DNA of 64,000 bases from an uncultured Anaerolineales bacterium (GCA_937952305.1 CALFZO010000139.1:36355-100354), one strand, 5' to 3'; shown: positions 1-9,429, counted from the stretch's first letter. Translations and numbers: made by a program. The notes: generated by a model not told the origin, from the sequence alone.

Positions 1-1
1 C

Positions 2-70
2 CGGCCGGCCGACCTGGCCGCCCACGTCCACGCGCACATGTACGTGCCGACCTACCCGGAATACAAGTAA
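2..70 (+). CDS. 3' end of an unidentified gene (partial, enters window)
   Basis: An open frame ending ...HMYVPTYPEYK with TAA at 68-70, followed directly by a hairpin and T-tract. There is no recognisable domain in the 22 visible codons. Confidence 0.3.
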   Translation, partial: RPADLAAHVHAHMYVPTYPEYK

Positions 71-102
71 CGGCTCCCGGCGTGACGCCGGACCACACGC
101 AA

Positions 103-137
103 GGGCTGGACCCGTCCGGGTTCAGCCCTTTGTTTTT
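103..137 (+). terminator. Rho-independent terminator
   Basis: GGGCTGGACCC-GTCC-GGGTTCAGCCC stem (one G-U pair) followed by TTTGTTTTT, 33 nt after the TAA at 68-70. Confidence 0.7.
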
Positions 138-153
138 CCGCGGCTCTCCGCCC

Positions 154-183
154 TTGATATATCAGAACAGATGTGCTTATATT
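154..183 (+). promoter_or_regulatory. Sigma-70-like promoter candidate for the AraC-family gene
   Basis: TTGATA (154-159), a 17-nt spacer, then TTATAT (177-182), in a locally AT-rich stretch about 35 nt upstream of ATG 219. Confidence 0.4.
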
Positions 184-218
184 TCCGATACACGCGCTGA
201 TTGGGAAAAGGCCGCCCG

Positions 219-920
219 ATGAGTTTCCTGGTAGAACAACGCCCGTCTGATTCGCCCTTTGTGGAAACGGTGATGCACGGCTGGACGGTGGGCACCGGCA
301 CCACCACCCGGCCGGCCGAGACGCACTGGCATCTGGTGTTTGCCCGCCACGCCGGCGGCGTCTCGCCGATGATGGTCGGACCGCTGACCACGGCCGGCCG
401 CGTGGCATTTCAGCCCGGCGTCGAAATCCTGTGGATCAAGTTCAAGCTGGGCGCATTCATGCCAGACCTCCCGGCCAGGGACTTCCTGAACAGCGAGGCC
501 AGCCTGCCTGGTGCGGCGGATCGGCGTTTCTGGTTAAAGGGTTCGGCCTGGCAATATCCCGACTTTGAAAACGTGGAGACATTCATCGGCCGGCTCGCGC
601 GCGCCGATGTGCTCGTGCATGACCCGGCCGTTGCCGCCGCGCTGCAGGAGCAGACGCCCACCGTCGCCGGCCGCACGCTCCGCCATCGGTTCCTGCGCGC
701 CACCGGTCAGAGCCAGGGCCACATTCGGCAGTGGCAGCGCGCCCAGCGGGCCGAGGCGCTGCTGCGGCAGGGCGTCACCATCCTGGACACCGTCCAGGCG
801 GCCGGCTACTCTGATCAGGCGCACCTGACCCGCTCGCTGAAACAGTTCATCGGCCAGACGCCCGCGCAGATCCGGCGCCAAGCGGCCGCCGGTGACGCGG
901 ATCAGTGCGAGCGCGCCTGA
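219..920 (+). CDS. AraC-family transcriptional regulator
   Basis: C-terminal AraC-type HTH (LDTVQAAGYSDQAHLTRSLKQFIGQTPAQIRR). I chose ATG 219 over the TTG at 201 used by the ORF track. Confidence 0.7.
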   Translation: MSFLVEQRPSDSPFVETVMHGWTVGTGTTTRPAETHWHLVFARHAGGVSPMMVGPLTTAGRVAFQPGVEILWIKFKLGAFMPDLPARDFLNSEASLPGAADRRFWLKGSAWQYPDFENVETFIGRLARADVLVHDPAVAAALQEQTPTVAGRTLRHRFLRATGQSQGHIRQWQRAQRAEALLRQGVTILDTVQAAGYSDQAHLTRSLKQFIGQTPAQIRRQAAAGDADQCERA

Positions 921-1031
921 CCCCCCAACCCATTCCGTTTGCCGTTTTGTTCAAGACACCGGCCCGCGGGCCGCGGTATCCTGCCCAGCAGAGCAAGACA
1001 AGTTTGCCCTCACAAGCAAGGAGAAACCGCG

Positions 1032-1532
1032 ATGAGCCCCGAGCCCGAAATCCGTGATCTGGTCTTCACGCGCGTCTTTGACGCGCCGGTGGAGCGGGTC
1101 TGGAAAGCCTGGACGGACGCCGAGGACGTGAAATACTGGTGGGGTCCGGACCGCTTTACCGCGCCCCTGGCCCGCCTGGAGGTGCGCCCCGGCGGCACCT
1201 CCCTGGTCTGCATGCGCGCGCCGGCCGAATTCGGCGGCCAGGATATGTACAGCACCTGGCACTATCGTGACGTCGTGCCGCTGCAGCGGCTTGTGTACCT
1301 CCACAACCTGGCTGACGCTGACGGCCGCACGCTGGACCCGGTTACACTGGGCCTGCCCCCGGATTTCCCCCAAGACGTCCGCAACACCATCACCTTCAAG
1401 GCGCTCAGCCCGACCCGGACCGAACTCACCGTCACCGAGCATGATTGGCCGGTGGGCCAGATGCGGGAGATGTCGCGGCTGGGCATGGAGCAGTGCCTGG
1501 ACAAGATGGCCCGGCTCTTCGCCGAGGCCTGA
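1032..1532 (+). CDS. SRPBCC / Aha1-domain protein
   Basis: RVFDAPVERVWKAWTDAEDVKYWWGP is typical of Aha1/SRPBCC proteins. An AAGGAG RBS lies about 8 nt upstream of ATG 1032. The ORF-track start at 939 is an upstream extension. Confidence 0.65.
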   Translation: MSPEPEIRDLVFTRVFDAPVERVWKAWTDAEDVKYWWGPDRFTAPLARLEVRPGGTSLVCMRAPAEFGGQDMYSTWHYRDVVPLQRLVYLHNLADADGRTLDPVTLGLPPDFPQDVRNTITFKALSPTRTELTVTEHDWPVGQMREMSRLGMEQCLDKMARLFAEA

Positions 1533-1543
1533 CGCCGCAAAAC

Positions 1544-1579
1544 AAACGCCAGGCCAGACGCTGGTCTGGCCCGGCGTTT
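1544..1579. terminator. Bidirectional hairpin between convergent genes
   Basis: AAACGCCAGGCCAGAC-GC-T-GGTCTGGCCCGGCGTTT is a near-perfect inverted repeat flanked by A-run and T-run, lying between the stop at 1532 (+) and the stop at 1621 (-). Confidence 0.6.
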
Positions 1580-1620
1580 CCTTCGGTCACAGGTTGAGGC
1601 CGGGCCGGCGGCGGTGCGGG

Positions 1621-2649
1621 TCAGCGCGTCAGGTGAACCGGCTGCCCGGCGCGCGCCGACTGGTAGATCGCCTCGACCAACTGCAGACTGCGCTTCCCCT
1701 CGCGGCCGTCGAGGAGAGGCTGGCGGCGCTCACGGAGGGCGGCGACGAAGTCCTGTAATTGAGCTGTGTGCCCGGCCGTCGAGATATCCATGGGGCGAGC
1801 GGCGCCGCTGCTGATGGCGGCCTCCTCCGAACCGGCCTCGCGCGGCTCCTGCAGGTGCCACTCCAGCCGGCCGAGCCCCTTGTGATAGACGGCGCTGCCA
1901 TTCGTGCCGAAGAACTCCAGACGCTCCGGGTAGCCGGGATAGGCGGCGGTCGTCGCCTGGACCAGGCCGAGCTTGCCGTCCGGGTAGGTCAGCAGCGCCT
2001 GAACGGCGTCCTCCACCTCGATCGCGTGCGCGAGGGTCCGGGCCTGGGCGGTCACGGCGGCGGGCAGACCAGCCAGCCAGACCAGCAGATCCAGGGCATG
2101 GATGGCCTGGTTGATGAGCACCCCGCCCCCCGACTGCGCCGGGGAGGTGCGCCACGCCCGGCTGGCGTAATAGGCGTCATCGCGGTGCCACAGCGTGCTG
2201 GCGCTCACCCAGACCAGCCGGCCCAGCCGCCCCGAGTCGATCAGCGCCTTCAGCTTGAGGGTCAGCGGCTCGAAGCGGCTTTGGAAAACGACCCCCAGCG
2301 TGATGCCCGCCTGCTCGCAGGCCGTGAGCATGGCCTCACACTCGGCGACCGTGGTCGCCATGGGCTTCTCGCACCAGACATGCTTGCCGGCCGCGGCCGC
2401 CGCCTGCGTGAGCGGCGCGTGCAGATCGTGCGCGGTGCAGATGGTCACCGCGTCCACATCGGCGCGAGCCAGCACCTCGCGATAGTCGGCGTGCCAGGCG
2501 CCCCCGTACTGGGCTGTAAAAGCCTGGCCGCGCGCCGGGTCGCGCGTGGCCGCGGCGACCAGTTCACAGCCTGGCGTGGCCCGGATGGCGGCGGCATGGA
2601 CGGGCGCGATGTTGCCGACCCCAAGAATGGCGAAGCGAATAGTCTGCAT
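1621..2649 (-). CDS. Gfo/Idh/MocA-family NAD(P)-dependent oxidoreductase
   Basis: N-terminal Rossmann segment IRFAILGVGNIAPVHAAA and the family EKP motif (WCEKPMA). It is the last gene of the long minus-strand run. Confidence 0.75.
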   Translation of the reverse strand: MQTIRFAILGVGNIAPVHAAAIRATPGCELVAAATRDPARGQAFTAQYGGAWHADYREVLARADVDAVTICTAHDLHAPLTQAAAAAGKHVWCEKPMATTVAECEAMLTACEQAGITLGVVFQSRFEPLTLKLKALIDSGRLGRLVWVSASTLWHRDDAYYASRAWRTSPAQSGGGVLINQAIHALDLLVWLAGLPAAVTAQARTLAHAIEVEDAVQALLTYPDGKLGLVQATTAAYPGYPERLEFFGTNGSAVYHKGLGRLEWHLQEPREAGSEEAAISSGAARPMDISTAGHTAQLQDFVAALRERRQPLLDGREGKRSLQLVEAIYQSARAGQPVHLTR

Positions 2650-2679
2650 GGTCCGACGCGGCTAACCTAGAGCGGCCGT

Positions 2680-3774
2680 TCAGGCGCCAAAGCGGCGATA
2701 CCGCTCGACGACAGCGGCCATGGCGAACAGATTGTCGTCCGGCGTGCCGTGGTCCATGTTGATGCAGCAGATGCCGGCGAGTTGCAGAGGGCCGGCCGCC
2801 TGCAGCAGGCGTTCGGTGTCGGCGGCAATCTCGGCCGGCGTGCACTGTAACATCCGGACCGGGCTCAAGCGCAGATTCAAGAACGCGTCCGGCAGCAACT
2901 CGCGGCAGCGGGCCACGTCCGACCCCCAGCCGACGTCGTAAAAGCTGGCCGGCAGCTGCGCGTACTCAGCCGCGATGCGATGCAGGTTGTCGCCGCAGTG
3001 GTGGATCCCGAACGGGGTCAAGCGCTGGGCGAGGACTTGCTCGACCGGGAACTGCAGCGCGCGGTAACTGCGCGGTGAGATCATCTGCACCGAACAGTTG
3101 GCGTGCAGGAACGGCGTTGGCGTCAGCCGGGCCGCCATGCGGTTGACCGAGATCGAATAGCTGCCGGTGCGGGAGTGGAGGTAGCTGGCCACATCGCCGA
3201 TCAGCTCGGCGATGAGTTCGAGCAGCCGCCGGACCCGGCCGGGCGCCTGGTAGAAATCGGCGAACATGTCCTGACCGTAAAGGTGGTAGGCCGCGTTCAG
3301 CAGACCGTCGGTGTTCAGGTCGCCAACCAGGTAACCGTGCTCGGCCTCGAGCGCGTCCATCTGGCGGATGAGCTCGCGCATGGGCCAGCGCGCCCGGAAG
3401 TCTGGTTTCTCCAGGGCCTCGATTTCGGCCGGCGAAAGCTGGACGGGCTCGGGCTGCGGCGCCGCGTCCGCCTCAAAGCGGATGCGCGCGCCGAGGAGGG
3501 CCGGGATGACGAAGCCGCCGGCGACGTGCAGGGAGCCGATGACCGGCCGCGGCTGCGGGGCGGCCTCGCCCAGACCCAACTGCCCGTAGCGCTCGTGCAG
3601 GACGCGCCGCATCGTCACGTCATTGGCGATGCGGGCGGCCGGATCCAGGTAAAAGCCCTCGCCAAAGTCGAGGCCGGCGGCGTGATGCCACCAGTTCGGG
3701 TTGAAGACCAGCTCCAGCGGCAGGAACTGGTCCGGTGTGAGCGCTGTCACAGGCGCCGCCAGCGGCGCGCTCAC
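2680..3774 (-). CDS. URO-D/MtaA-superfamily protein, paralog 1 (putative corrinoid-dependent methyltransferase)
   Basis: About 360 aa, the length of a URO-D-like TIM barrel. H-H-C-G sits at 2992-3003 and further Cys residues follow (GICCINMDHG). The start overlaps the gnd stop (ATGA). Confidence 0.5.
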   Translation of the reverse strand: MSAPLAAPVTALTPDQFLPLELVFNPNWWHHAAGLDFGEGFYLDPAARIANDVTMRRVLHERYGQLGLGEAAPQPRPVIGSLHVAGGFVIPALLGARIRFEADAAPQPEPVQLSPAEIEALEKPDFRARWPMRELIRQMDALEAEHGYLVGDLNTDGLLNAAYHLYGQDMFADFYQAPGRVRRLLELIAELIGDVASYLHSRTGSYSISVNRMAARLTPTPFLHANCSVQMISPRSYRALQFPVEQVLAQRLTPFGIHHCGDNLHRIAAEYAQLPASFYDVGWGSDVARCRELLPDAFLNLRLSPVRMLQCTPAEIAADTERLLQAAGPLQLAGICCINMDHGTPDDNLFAMAAVVERYRRFGA

Positions 3775-5717
3775 GCGCTGTAACTGGAGGCGGTCACCGA
3801 ACCGCCGAGGCCGGTCCAGTTCGTGTGGAAGAACTGGCCGCGCGGCTGGTCGACGCGCTCATACGTATGCGCGCCGAAGTAGTCGCGCTGGGCCTGGATC
3901 AGGCTGGCCGGCAGCCAGCCCGCGCGATACCCATCGAAGAAAGTCAGGGCGCTGGCCATCGCCGGCACGGGCACCCCGTTCTCCACGGCCCGCGCCACCA
4001 CGCGCCGCCAGGCCGGCTGAACGGCCTGGATCTCGTGGCGGAAATACGGCGCCAGCAACAGATTGCTCAGATGCGGGTCGGCCGCGTAGGCCTCCTTGAT
4101 CTTGCCCAAAAAGGCCGAGCGGATGATGCAGCCGCCGCGCCACATCAGGGCGATGCCGCCATAGTTCAGATTCCAGCCGTGCTCACGCGCCACGGCGCGC
4201 ATGAGCATGAAGCCCTGCGCGTAAGAGATGATCTTGGCCGCGTACAGCGCGTCGCGGATCGCCGGGAGCCAGGCCGCGCGGTCTGTGGCGACGGAGACGG
4301 CCGGCCCGGACAGGATCTTTTCGGCCGCGACGCGTTCGTCTTTAAGCGCCGAGAGCGAGCGCGCCAGCACCGCCTCGCTGATCAAGGTCAATGGCATGCC
4401 GGCTTCCAGCGCCGCCATCACCGTCCAGCGGCCGGTGCCCTTCTGCCCAGCCACGTCCAGGATCTTGCCCACCAGCGGCTGGCCATCCGCATCCTGGACC
4501 GCCAGGATCTGGCCCGTGATCTCGATCAGATACGAGTTGAGCGGGCCGCGATCCCACTCCGCGAAGACCGGCGCGGCCTCCGCGTCCGTCAGCCCCACCA
4601 GCGTCCGCAGAAGCTGATAGGCCTCGGCGATGAGCTGCATGTCGCCGTACTCGATGCCGTTGTGCACCATCTTAACAAAGTGCCCGGCGCCGTTTTCGCC
4701 CACCCACTCACAGCAGGGCGTGCCATCCTCGACCTTGGCGGCGATGGCTTGGAAGATGTCCTTGACGTGCGGCCAGGCCGCCGGTGAGCCGCCCGGCATG
4801 ATGGACGGCCCGTGGCGGGCGCCCTCCTCGCCGCCGGAAACGCCGGTGCCGACATAGAGCAGCCCTTTGGACTCCAGATAGGCAGCGCGGCGGAGGCTGT
4901 CCTCGTAATTCGAGTTGCCGCCGTCGATGACGATATCGCCCGGCTCCAGGAGCGGCAGCAGCAGCTCGATGAAGTCGTCCACGGGCGGGCCGGCTTTGAC
5001 CATGAGCATCACGCGCCGCGGCCGCTTGAGCAAGCCCACCAACTCCTCCAGCGAGTGCGCGCCCACCACCGCCGTGCCCCGGGCGGGCCCCTGGAGGAAC
5101 TCGTCCACCTTGGCCACGGAGCGGTTGAACACGGCGATTTTGAAGCCGTGATCGTTCATGTTGAGGACCAGGTTCTGGCCCATCACGGCCAGGCCGATCA
5201 GCCCGAGGTCACACTGTGTCATGGGAGATTCTTTCTGCTCGATGAGGGTTCCAAGAATACGCTCAACCAACTGCTCCGGCGGCGCAGCGATGTCCAGCGT
5301 GAGGGCGTCGGCGGGTGCCTCCAGCGTCGCGAACTGGCTGGTCAGCATCTCAGGCTTCATGTAATGGCCCTGGCGAGACTGCAGGCGCCCCAGGATCAGG
5401 TCATAGCTGCCGCGCAGGTGGACAAAGTTTACCTCCGAACTGACACGCAACCGTTCCCGATATTGGTGCTTGAGGGCCGAGCAGGCCAGCACCGCCGAGC
5501 GGCCGGCCGCGCTCTCGCGGCGCAACAGGTCCGCCAGGGTGCTGAGCCAGCCGGCGCGATCCTCGTCTGTGAGCGGGACGCCGCGCCCCATTTTGGCTTT
5601 GTTTTCAGGCGGGTGAAAGTCGTCGCCGTCGTAGAACGGCCAGCCCAGCCGTTCGGCCAGCCTGCGGCCGATGGTGGTCTTGCCGCAGCCGGACACGCCC
5701 ATGACGATCACGATCAC
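3771..5717 (-). CDS. gnd: Gluconokinase fused in frame to 6-phosphogluconate dehydrogenase (decarboxylating)
   Basis: Residues 1-165 resemble GntK (VMGVSGCGKTTIG...FYDGDDFHPPENKAKMGRGVPLTDEDRAGWL). Residues 166-648 resemble Gnd (LGLIGLAVMGQNLVLNMNDHGF...). There is no stop codon between the two parts. An internal ATG lies at 5222. Confidence 0.85.
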   Translation of the reverse strand: MIVIVMGVSGCGKTTIGRRLAERLGWPFYDGDDFHPPENKAKMGRGVPLTDEDRAGWLSTLADLLRRESAAGRSAVLACSALKHQYRERLRVSSEVNFVHLRGSYDLILGRLQSRQGHYMKPEMLTSQFATLEAPADALTLDIAAPPEQLVERILGTLIEQKESPMTQCDLGLIGLAVMGQNLVLNMNDHGFKIAVFNRSVAKVDEFLQGPARGTAVVGAHSLEELVGLLKRPRRVMLMVKAGPPVDDFIELLLPLLEPGDIVIDGGNSNYEDSLRRAAYLESKGLLYVGTGVSGGEEGARHGPSIMPGGSPAAWPHVKDIFQAIAAKVEDGTPCCEWVGENGAGHFVKMVHNGIEYGDMQLIAEAYQLLRTLVGLTDAEAAPVFAEWDRGPLNSYLIEITGQILAVQDADGQPLVGKILDVAGQKGTGRWTVMAALEAGMPLTLISEAVLARSLSALKDERVAAEKILSGPAVSVATDRAAWLPAIRDALYAAKIISYAQGFMLMRAVAREHGWNLNYGGIALMWRGGCIIRSAFLGKIKEAYAADPHLSNLLLAPYFRHEIQAVQPAWRRVVARAVENGVPVPAMASALTFFDGYRAGWLPASLIQAQRDYFGAHTYERVDQPRGQFFHTNWTGLGGSVTASSYSA

Positions 5718-6991
5718 GACCGGCCGCCTTCCGGCGCTCCCGGGACCAGCGGCGTTCGCAGCCGGTAGAGGAACTCGCCCGCGCGCGGCACCACCAGGGT
5801 CTCCGGATCGGCCTCGGCCAGCCAGCGCGCCGGATCGAGGGCGGCTGGGTCGCGATAGCCGAGGTTCACGGCGCGACAGACCGCCTCCGGGATGCCGGTG
5901 GCGAGCGTCACCTGGATCCGCGGCGTCTCGATCCCGCTCGCGGCGTCATACGCGCCAATGCCCCGCAAGTGGGTGGAATGCGCCAGCACGCCCCAGGGGA
6001 TGTGCTTGAAGCGGTCCCATTGGTGGACAAAGTAATCCCGGACATGATAGCCCACCTGGCGGATCAGTGCGCCGTGGGTGACGCTGATCTCGCGGACATG
6101 CGGCGCATAGATGATCACCTCCCCGCCGTCGGCCACCACCGGCTCCAGCTTATACATCCCCTTCGCGCCCACCCAGATCTCGTCGTACATTTCCGGCAAG
6201 ACCGAGAGGACGCGCCGGTAGGGGCGCTCGACGTAGCGCACATGCAGCTCGGCGGAGAGGTCCGCCGCGGCGCGCCAGGCCGTCTCGGGCGCCCCGAAAA
6301 ACAGCCCCGCCACGCCGTCGCTGTGCGCGTCACCGGAGACGATGACACTGCACAGGGCCCGGCGTGTGCGCGGGATCATGGCCGCCGCCCGGTCGATCAC
6401 GCGGCGCACCGGCGTCTCCGCCAGGCCGATGAGGGCGTAGGACGTGATCAGGGCGCCCAGCCAGTGGGTGAAGTCGATGATGTCGGCGCCGGCGATGCCG
6501 GGGAAGAAGTATTTGTTGCCGCCGCTGAAGCCGACGACCTCATGCGGAAAGACCGGGCCGCAGACGAGCAGTTGATCGTAGTCCAGGATGCGGCGGTTGA
6601 GGCGCACCGGCACATCCTGGCGCAGCCGTCCCTGGCTGATCTCGGCGATCTCGGCGGCCGGGATCACGCCCAGGCTGAGCAAGGCCTGCGGATCATTCCA
6701 GGCATGGTTGAACAGGCCGATGTCCGGATACTGGGCGGCCTTCGTCTCGGCCGTCAGCCCCACCAGCCGCAGCAGGGCCGCCTCGCTCAGCGGCGGGTGC
6801 GTGCCCAGGGCGACGATGAAATCCAGCTGCCGCACCCGCGGCTGGAGGTGCCGGACCAGCAGGCGAAAGAACAGCGGCAACGGCATCGTCCGCGTGTGGT
6901 CGGGGATGATCACCAGCACGCGGCCGCCGTCGGGCCGCATCTCGTCCACGCCGCCGGCGATGATCGCCTCAATCTGAGCGTCAGTCAACAT
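5714..6991 (-). CDS. LarA-like nickel-pincer (NPN) dependent 2-hydroxyacid racemase/epimerase
   Basis: DUF2088/LarA-like N-terminus (RVLVIIPDHTRTMPLP) and an H-x9-K-x15-H signature (PHEVVGFSGGNKYFFPGIAGADIIDFTH, 6464-6544). I chose the start at MLTDAQ (6991). The ORF-track start at 7309 would overlap the upstream SDR gene. Confidence 0.65.
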   Translation of the reverse strand: MLTDAQIEAIIAGGVDEMRPDGGRVLVIIPDHTRTMPLPLFFRLLVRHLQPRVRQLDFIVALGTHPPLSEAALLRLVGLTAETKAAQYPDIGLFNHAWNDPQALLSLGVIPAAEIAEISQGRLRQDVPVRLNRRILDYDQLLVCGPVFPHEVVGFSGGNKYFFPGIAGADIIDFTHWLGALITSYALIGLAETPVRRVIDRAAAMIPRTRRALCSVIVSGDAHSDGVAGLFFGAPETAWRAAADLSAELHVRYVERPYRRVLSVLPEMYDEIWVGAKGMYKLEPVVADGGEVIIYAPHVREISVTHGALIRQVGYHVRDYFVHQWDRFKHIPWGVLAHSTHLRGIGAYDAASGIETPRIQVTLATGIPEAVCRAVNLGYRDPAALDPARWLAEADPETLVVPRAGEFLYRLRTPLVPGAPEGGRS

Positions 6992-7020
6992 GGGTCCAGT
7001 CCATTTCCTGGGCGGCAGGG

Positions 7021-7854
7021 CTACACCCCGCTGAAGGCCGCGAAGCCGCCGTCGACGGGCACGACGACGCCGGTGACAAAGGCCGACGCCGGTGAGAGCA
7101 GCCAGAGCACGGCTCCCAATAAGTCCTCGGGCTGACCGAAGCGGCCCAGCGGCGTATGGGTCAGGATCACTTCGCCGCGCGGCGTCAGAGCACCGGTGTC
7201 TTTGTCCGTGAGCAGGAAGCGGTTCTGCTCGGTCAGGAAAAAGCCTGGCGCGATGGCGTTGACGCGGATGCGCGGCGAGTACTCCTGGGCCATGTGCACG
7301 GCCAGCCACTGGGTGAAATTGCTCACCCCGGCCTTGGCCGCGGAGTAGGCCGGGATGCGCGTCAGCGGGCGGAAGGCGTTCATGGACGAGATGTTCAGGA
7401 TGACCCCCTCGCCCTGCTGGGCCAGGCGCCGCCCCACGATCTGGCTGGGCAGGATCGTGCCCAGCAAGTTTAGCTCAAACACAAACCGCAGCGCCTCAGC
7501 CGGCAAATCGAAGAACTTCCGGTCCGGTCCGGTGGTGGCGCCAGGCTGGTTGCCGCCGGCGGCGTTGATCAGGGCGTCGATGCGCCCGAACTCCTGCTCA
7601 ACCGCGGCGACAGCGGTTTCCAGGACGGCGGCCTGCAAGACGTCGCCATAGACCACAATGGCGCGGCCCCGGCTGGGCGGGAAGCGATGGATCTGGCGTT
7701 CGGCCAGGGCCTGGTCCCGGTCTAGAATGGCGACGTTGGCCCCGCAGCCTACCAGGGCACAGGCGATCTCGCCGCCCAAAACGCCGGCCCCGCCCGTGAC
7801 GAGGACCGTGCGGCCGGTGAAGTCGTACATTTGGGTGAGGTCTTGTAAGTTCAT
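7021..7854 (-). CDS. uxuB: SDR-family D-mannonate oxidoreductase / fructuronate reductase-like
   Basis: VLVTGGAGVLGGEIACALVGCGANVAILDR matches the TGGxGxLG pattern I associate with SDR-type UxuB. The gene sits between uxaE and the LarA-like gene. Confidence 0.55.
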   Translation of the reverse strand: MNLQDLTQMYDFTGRTVLVTGGAGVLGGEIACALVGCGANVAILDRDQALAERQIHRFPPSRGRAIVVYGDVLQAAVLETAVAAVEQEFGRIDALINAAGGNQPGATTGPDRKFFDLPAEALRFVFELNLLGTILPSQIVGRRLAQQGEGVILNISSMNAFRPLTRIPAYSAAKAGVSNFTQWLAVHMAQEYSPRIRVNAIAPGFFLTEQNRFLLTDKDTGALTPRGEVILTHTPLGRFGQPEDLLGAVLWLLSPASAFVTGVVVPVDGGFAAFSGV

Positions 7855-7904
7855 ACTCGCAGAGAAGTCACTCCCGGTTAGGACAGCGCCGACCCAGGCA
7901 GGGA

Positions 7905-9398
7905 TTATACCGACGCGGCGAAAGGCTGCAGGTGGCGGATAAAGTGCCGTTCCAGGGCGGCATAGTGCTCGGTCTCGTGCGCGCGCAACGCGGCCAGAAT
8001 CTCCGGGCCGAACTGCGCCAGGGCGGAGCCGAAGGTGACATGCAGGACCTCGCGCGCATCGAATTGGTCGAGCAGCGAAGGCAGCTCGGAGTCTGGCCGG
8101 GCCGCGATGGCGGGCACGCGGCTTAACTCAGCCGAGACGTGATAACTGGCGCGGTCCTGCGGGTAGCGCTCAATGGCCAGGACCGCGATGGCGCGGAACA
8201 GGGCCGGCTGGACGCGCGCCAGGGTTCGCAAGGCCTCCAGATAACTCGTGCCGGCGGTCTTGAGATGCACCCGGCCCCGCGCGGCGGCCATGATCAGCGG
8301 GTAGACGCTGAACTTATCTGAACCCGAGTGCAGGCTGAGCTTGTAAGGCCCCAGCGCGCGCGCCACCGCCGCATGCCCGGCCAGGTCGGCCGCCAGCGCC
8401 TTCAGATCCCCCAGATAGTCCACGCCCTTTTCAAAGCGCCCCACGTAACGCGGGGCCAGGCTGACCCAGCGCACCCCCAGCCGCTTCAGTTCGCTGGCGA
8501 TCAGAACATGCTCCCCATGCGTGGTCGGGGTCTCGGTCTCGTCCACCGAGACTTCCAGCTCAAAGGGCACGCCCTGGGCAGCCACATGGCGATACAAGCG
8601 GGCCACATGCGCGATGGCGTTCCCATACTTGGCCGCCGCCCGCCAGACCGCCTCGACCTCCAGCGTCAGGCGGCGATCCTCGAGCTCGAAGGTCTGGCCG
8701 GCGTAGCGCCGCTGCCAGGCCTCCGGCGAACTCTCCAGGGCCGCCCAGTCCAGCGCCTGCACCTTGGCCCGCACCGTCTCCGGGGCGGCGGAATCCGCGG
8801 CGGAATCGACGTGGGCGCCGGGATCGATGGTGTAGAACGTGAAACCGGCGGCCGCGCAGGCTTCCACATCGGCGGGCGTTTTGAGGTGGTCGGCATCGGC
8901 GCCCAGCGGACCGCGCCAGCCGCTCTCCAAAGCGCCGAAAGTCGCGTCGCGCATCACGTCCTGCGGCGTGCGGCGCGTGCGCGTCATCTCGCGAATAGAC
9001 TGCTGCGCGAAGATGGGGGCGACGGGCCGGGCGCCCGGCGTGGCGGCGACGCTGCGGAAGGCGCGGACGTGTCCGGGCGTCGCCAGGCCGAGCCGGTCCC
9101 CGCATCCGGCCGAGGTCGCCAGGCCCAGCGGCGCCGGGCGCAGGTGAGGCAGCGCCGCGGACAGCGCACGCGCGTTGGCGTCGGTGAGCGGGCAGCGCAC
9201 GAGAGTCAGCTCTGCGCCAAAGTCTGCCCCCTCGCCCGCAAACGCCATTAATCGGGCCTGGCCCGCGGGCGCCAGGACGAGCAGCTGCTTGTCCGACCCC
9301 GCGCGCGTCAGGGCGAAGGCGACGCCGTCGGCCTCGGCCAGCGAGTCGACGTAGAGCGTTTCACCAAAAGCTTCGTGCAGCCGGGCGGTCAGGTCCAT
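7905..9398 (-). CDS. uxaE: Tagaturonate/fructuronate epimerase-like protein
   Basis: About 497 aa. The segments GCGDRLGLATPGHVRAF, PIFAQQSIREMTRTRRTPQDV and GADADHLK resemble the UxaE family. It lies directly downstream of uxaC. I chose the start at MDLTARL (9398). Confidence 0.55.
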   Translation of the reverse strand: MDLTARLHEAFGETLYVDSLAEADGVAFALTRAGSDKQLLVLAPAGQARLMAFAGEGADFGAELTLVRCPLTDANARALSAALPHLRPAPLGLATSAGCGDRLGLATPGHVRAFRSVAATPGARPVAPIFAQQSIREMTRTRRTPQDVMRDATFGALESGWRGPLGADADHLKTPADVEACAAAGFTFYTIDPGAHVDSAADSAAPETVRAKVQALDWAALESSPEAWQRRYAGQTFELEDRRLTLEVEAVWRAAAKYGNAIAHVARLYRHVAAQGVPFELEVSVDETETPTTHGEHVLIASELKRLGVRWVSLAPRYVGRFEKGVDYLGDLKALAADLAGHAAVARALGPYKLSLHSGSDKFSVYPLIMAAARGRVHLKTAGTSYLEALRTLARVQPALFRAIAVLAIERYPQDRASYHVSAELSRVPAIAARPDSELPSLLDQFDAREVLHVTFGSALAQFGPEILAALRAHETEHYAALERHFIRHLQPFAASV

Positions 9399-9429
9399 GA
9401 ACTCCACTCCGGGGCGCGTCCGCCCAGAC

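Noticed and set aside
6992-7309. N-terminal extensions offered by the ORF track: LarA-like to 7309, uxaE to 9605, uxaC to 10890, the permease to 21299, the SBP to 23978, lepA to 56012 and the corrinoid protein to 15339.
   Set aside because: The extensions are Arg/Pro-rich, overlap the upstream gene, and precede an internal Met that gives a family-typical N-terminus. That Met often has an RBS or an ATGA overlap. I therefore used the shorter starts.
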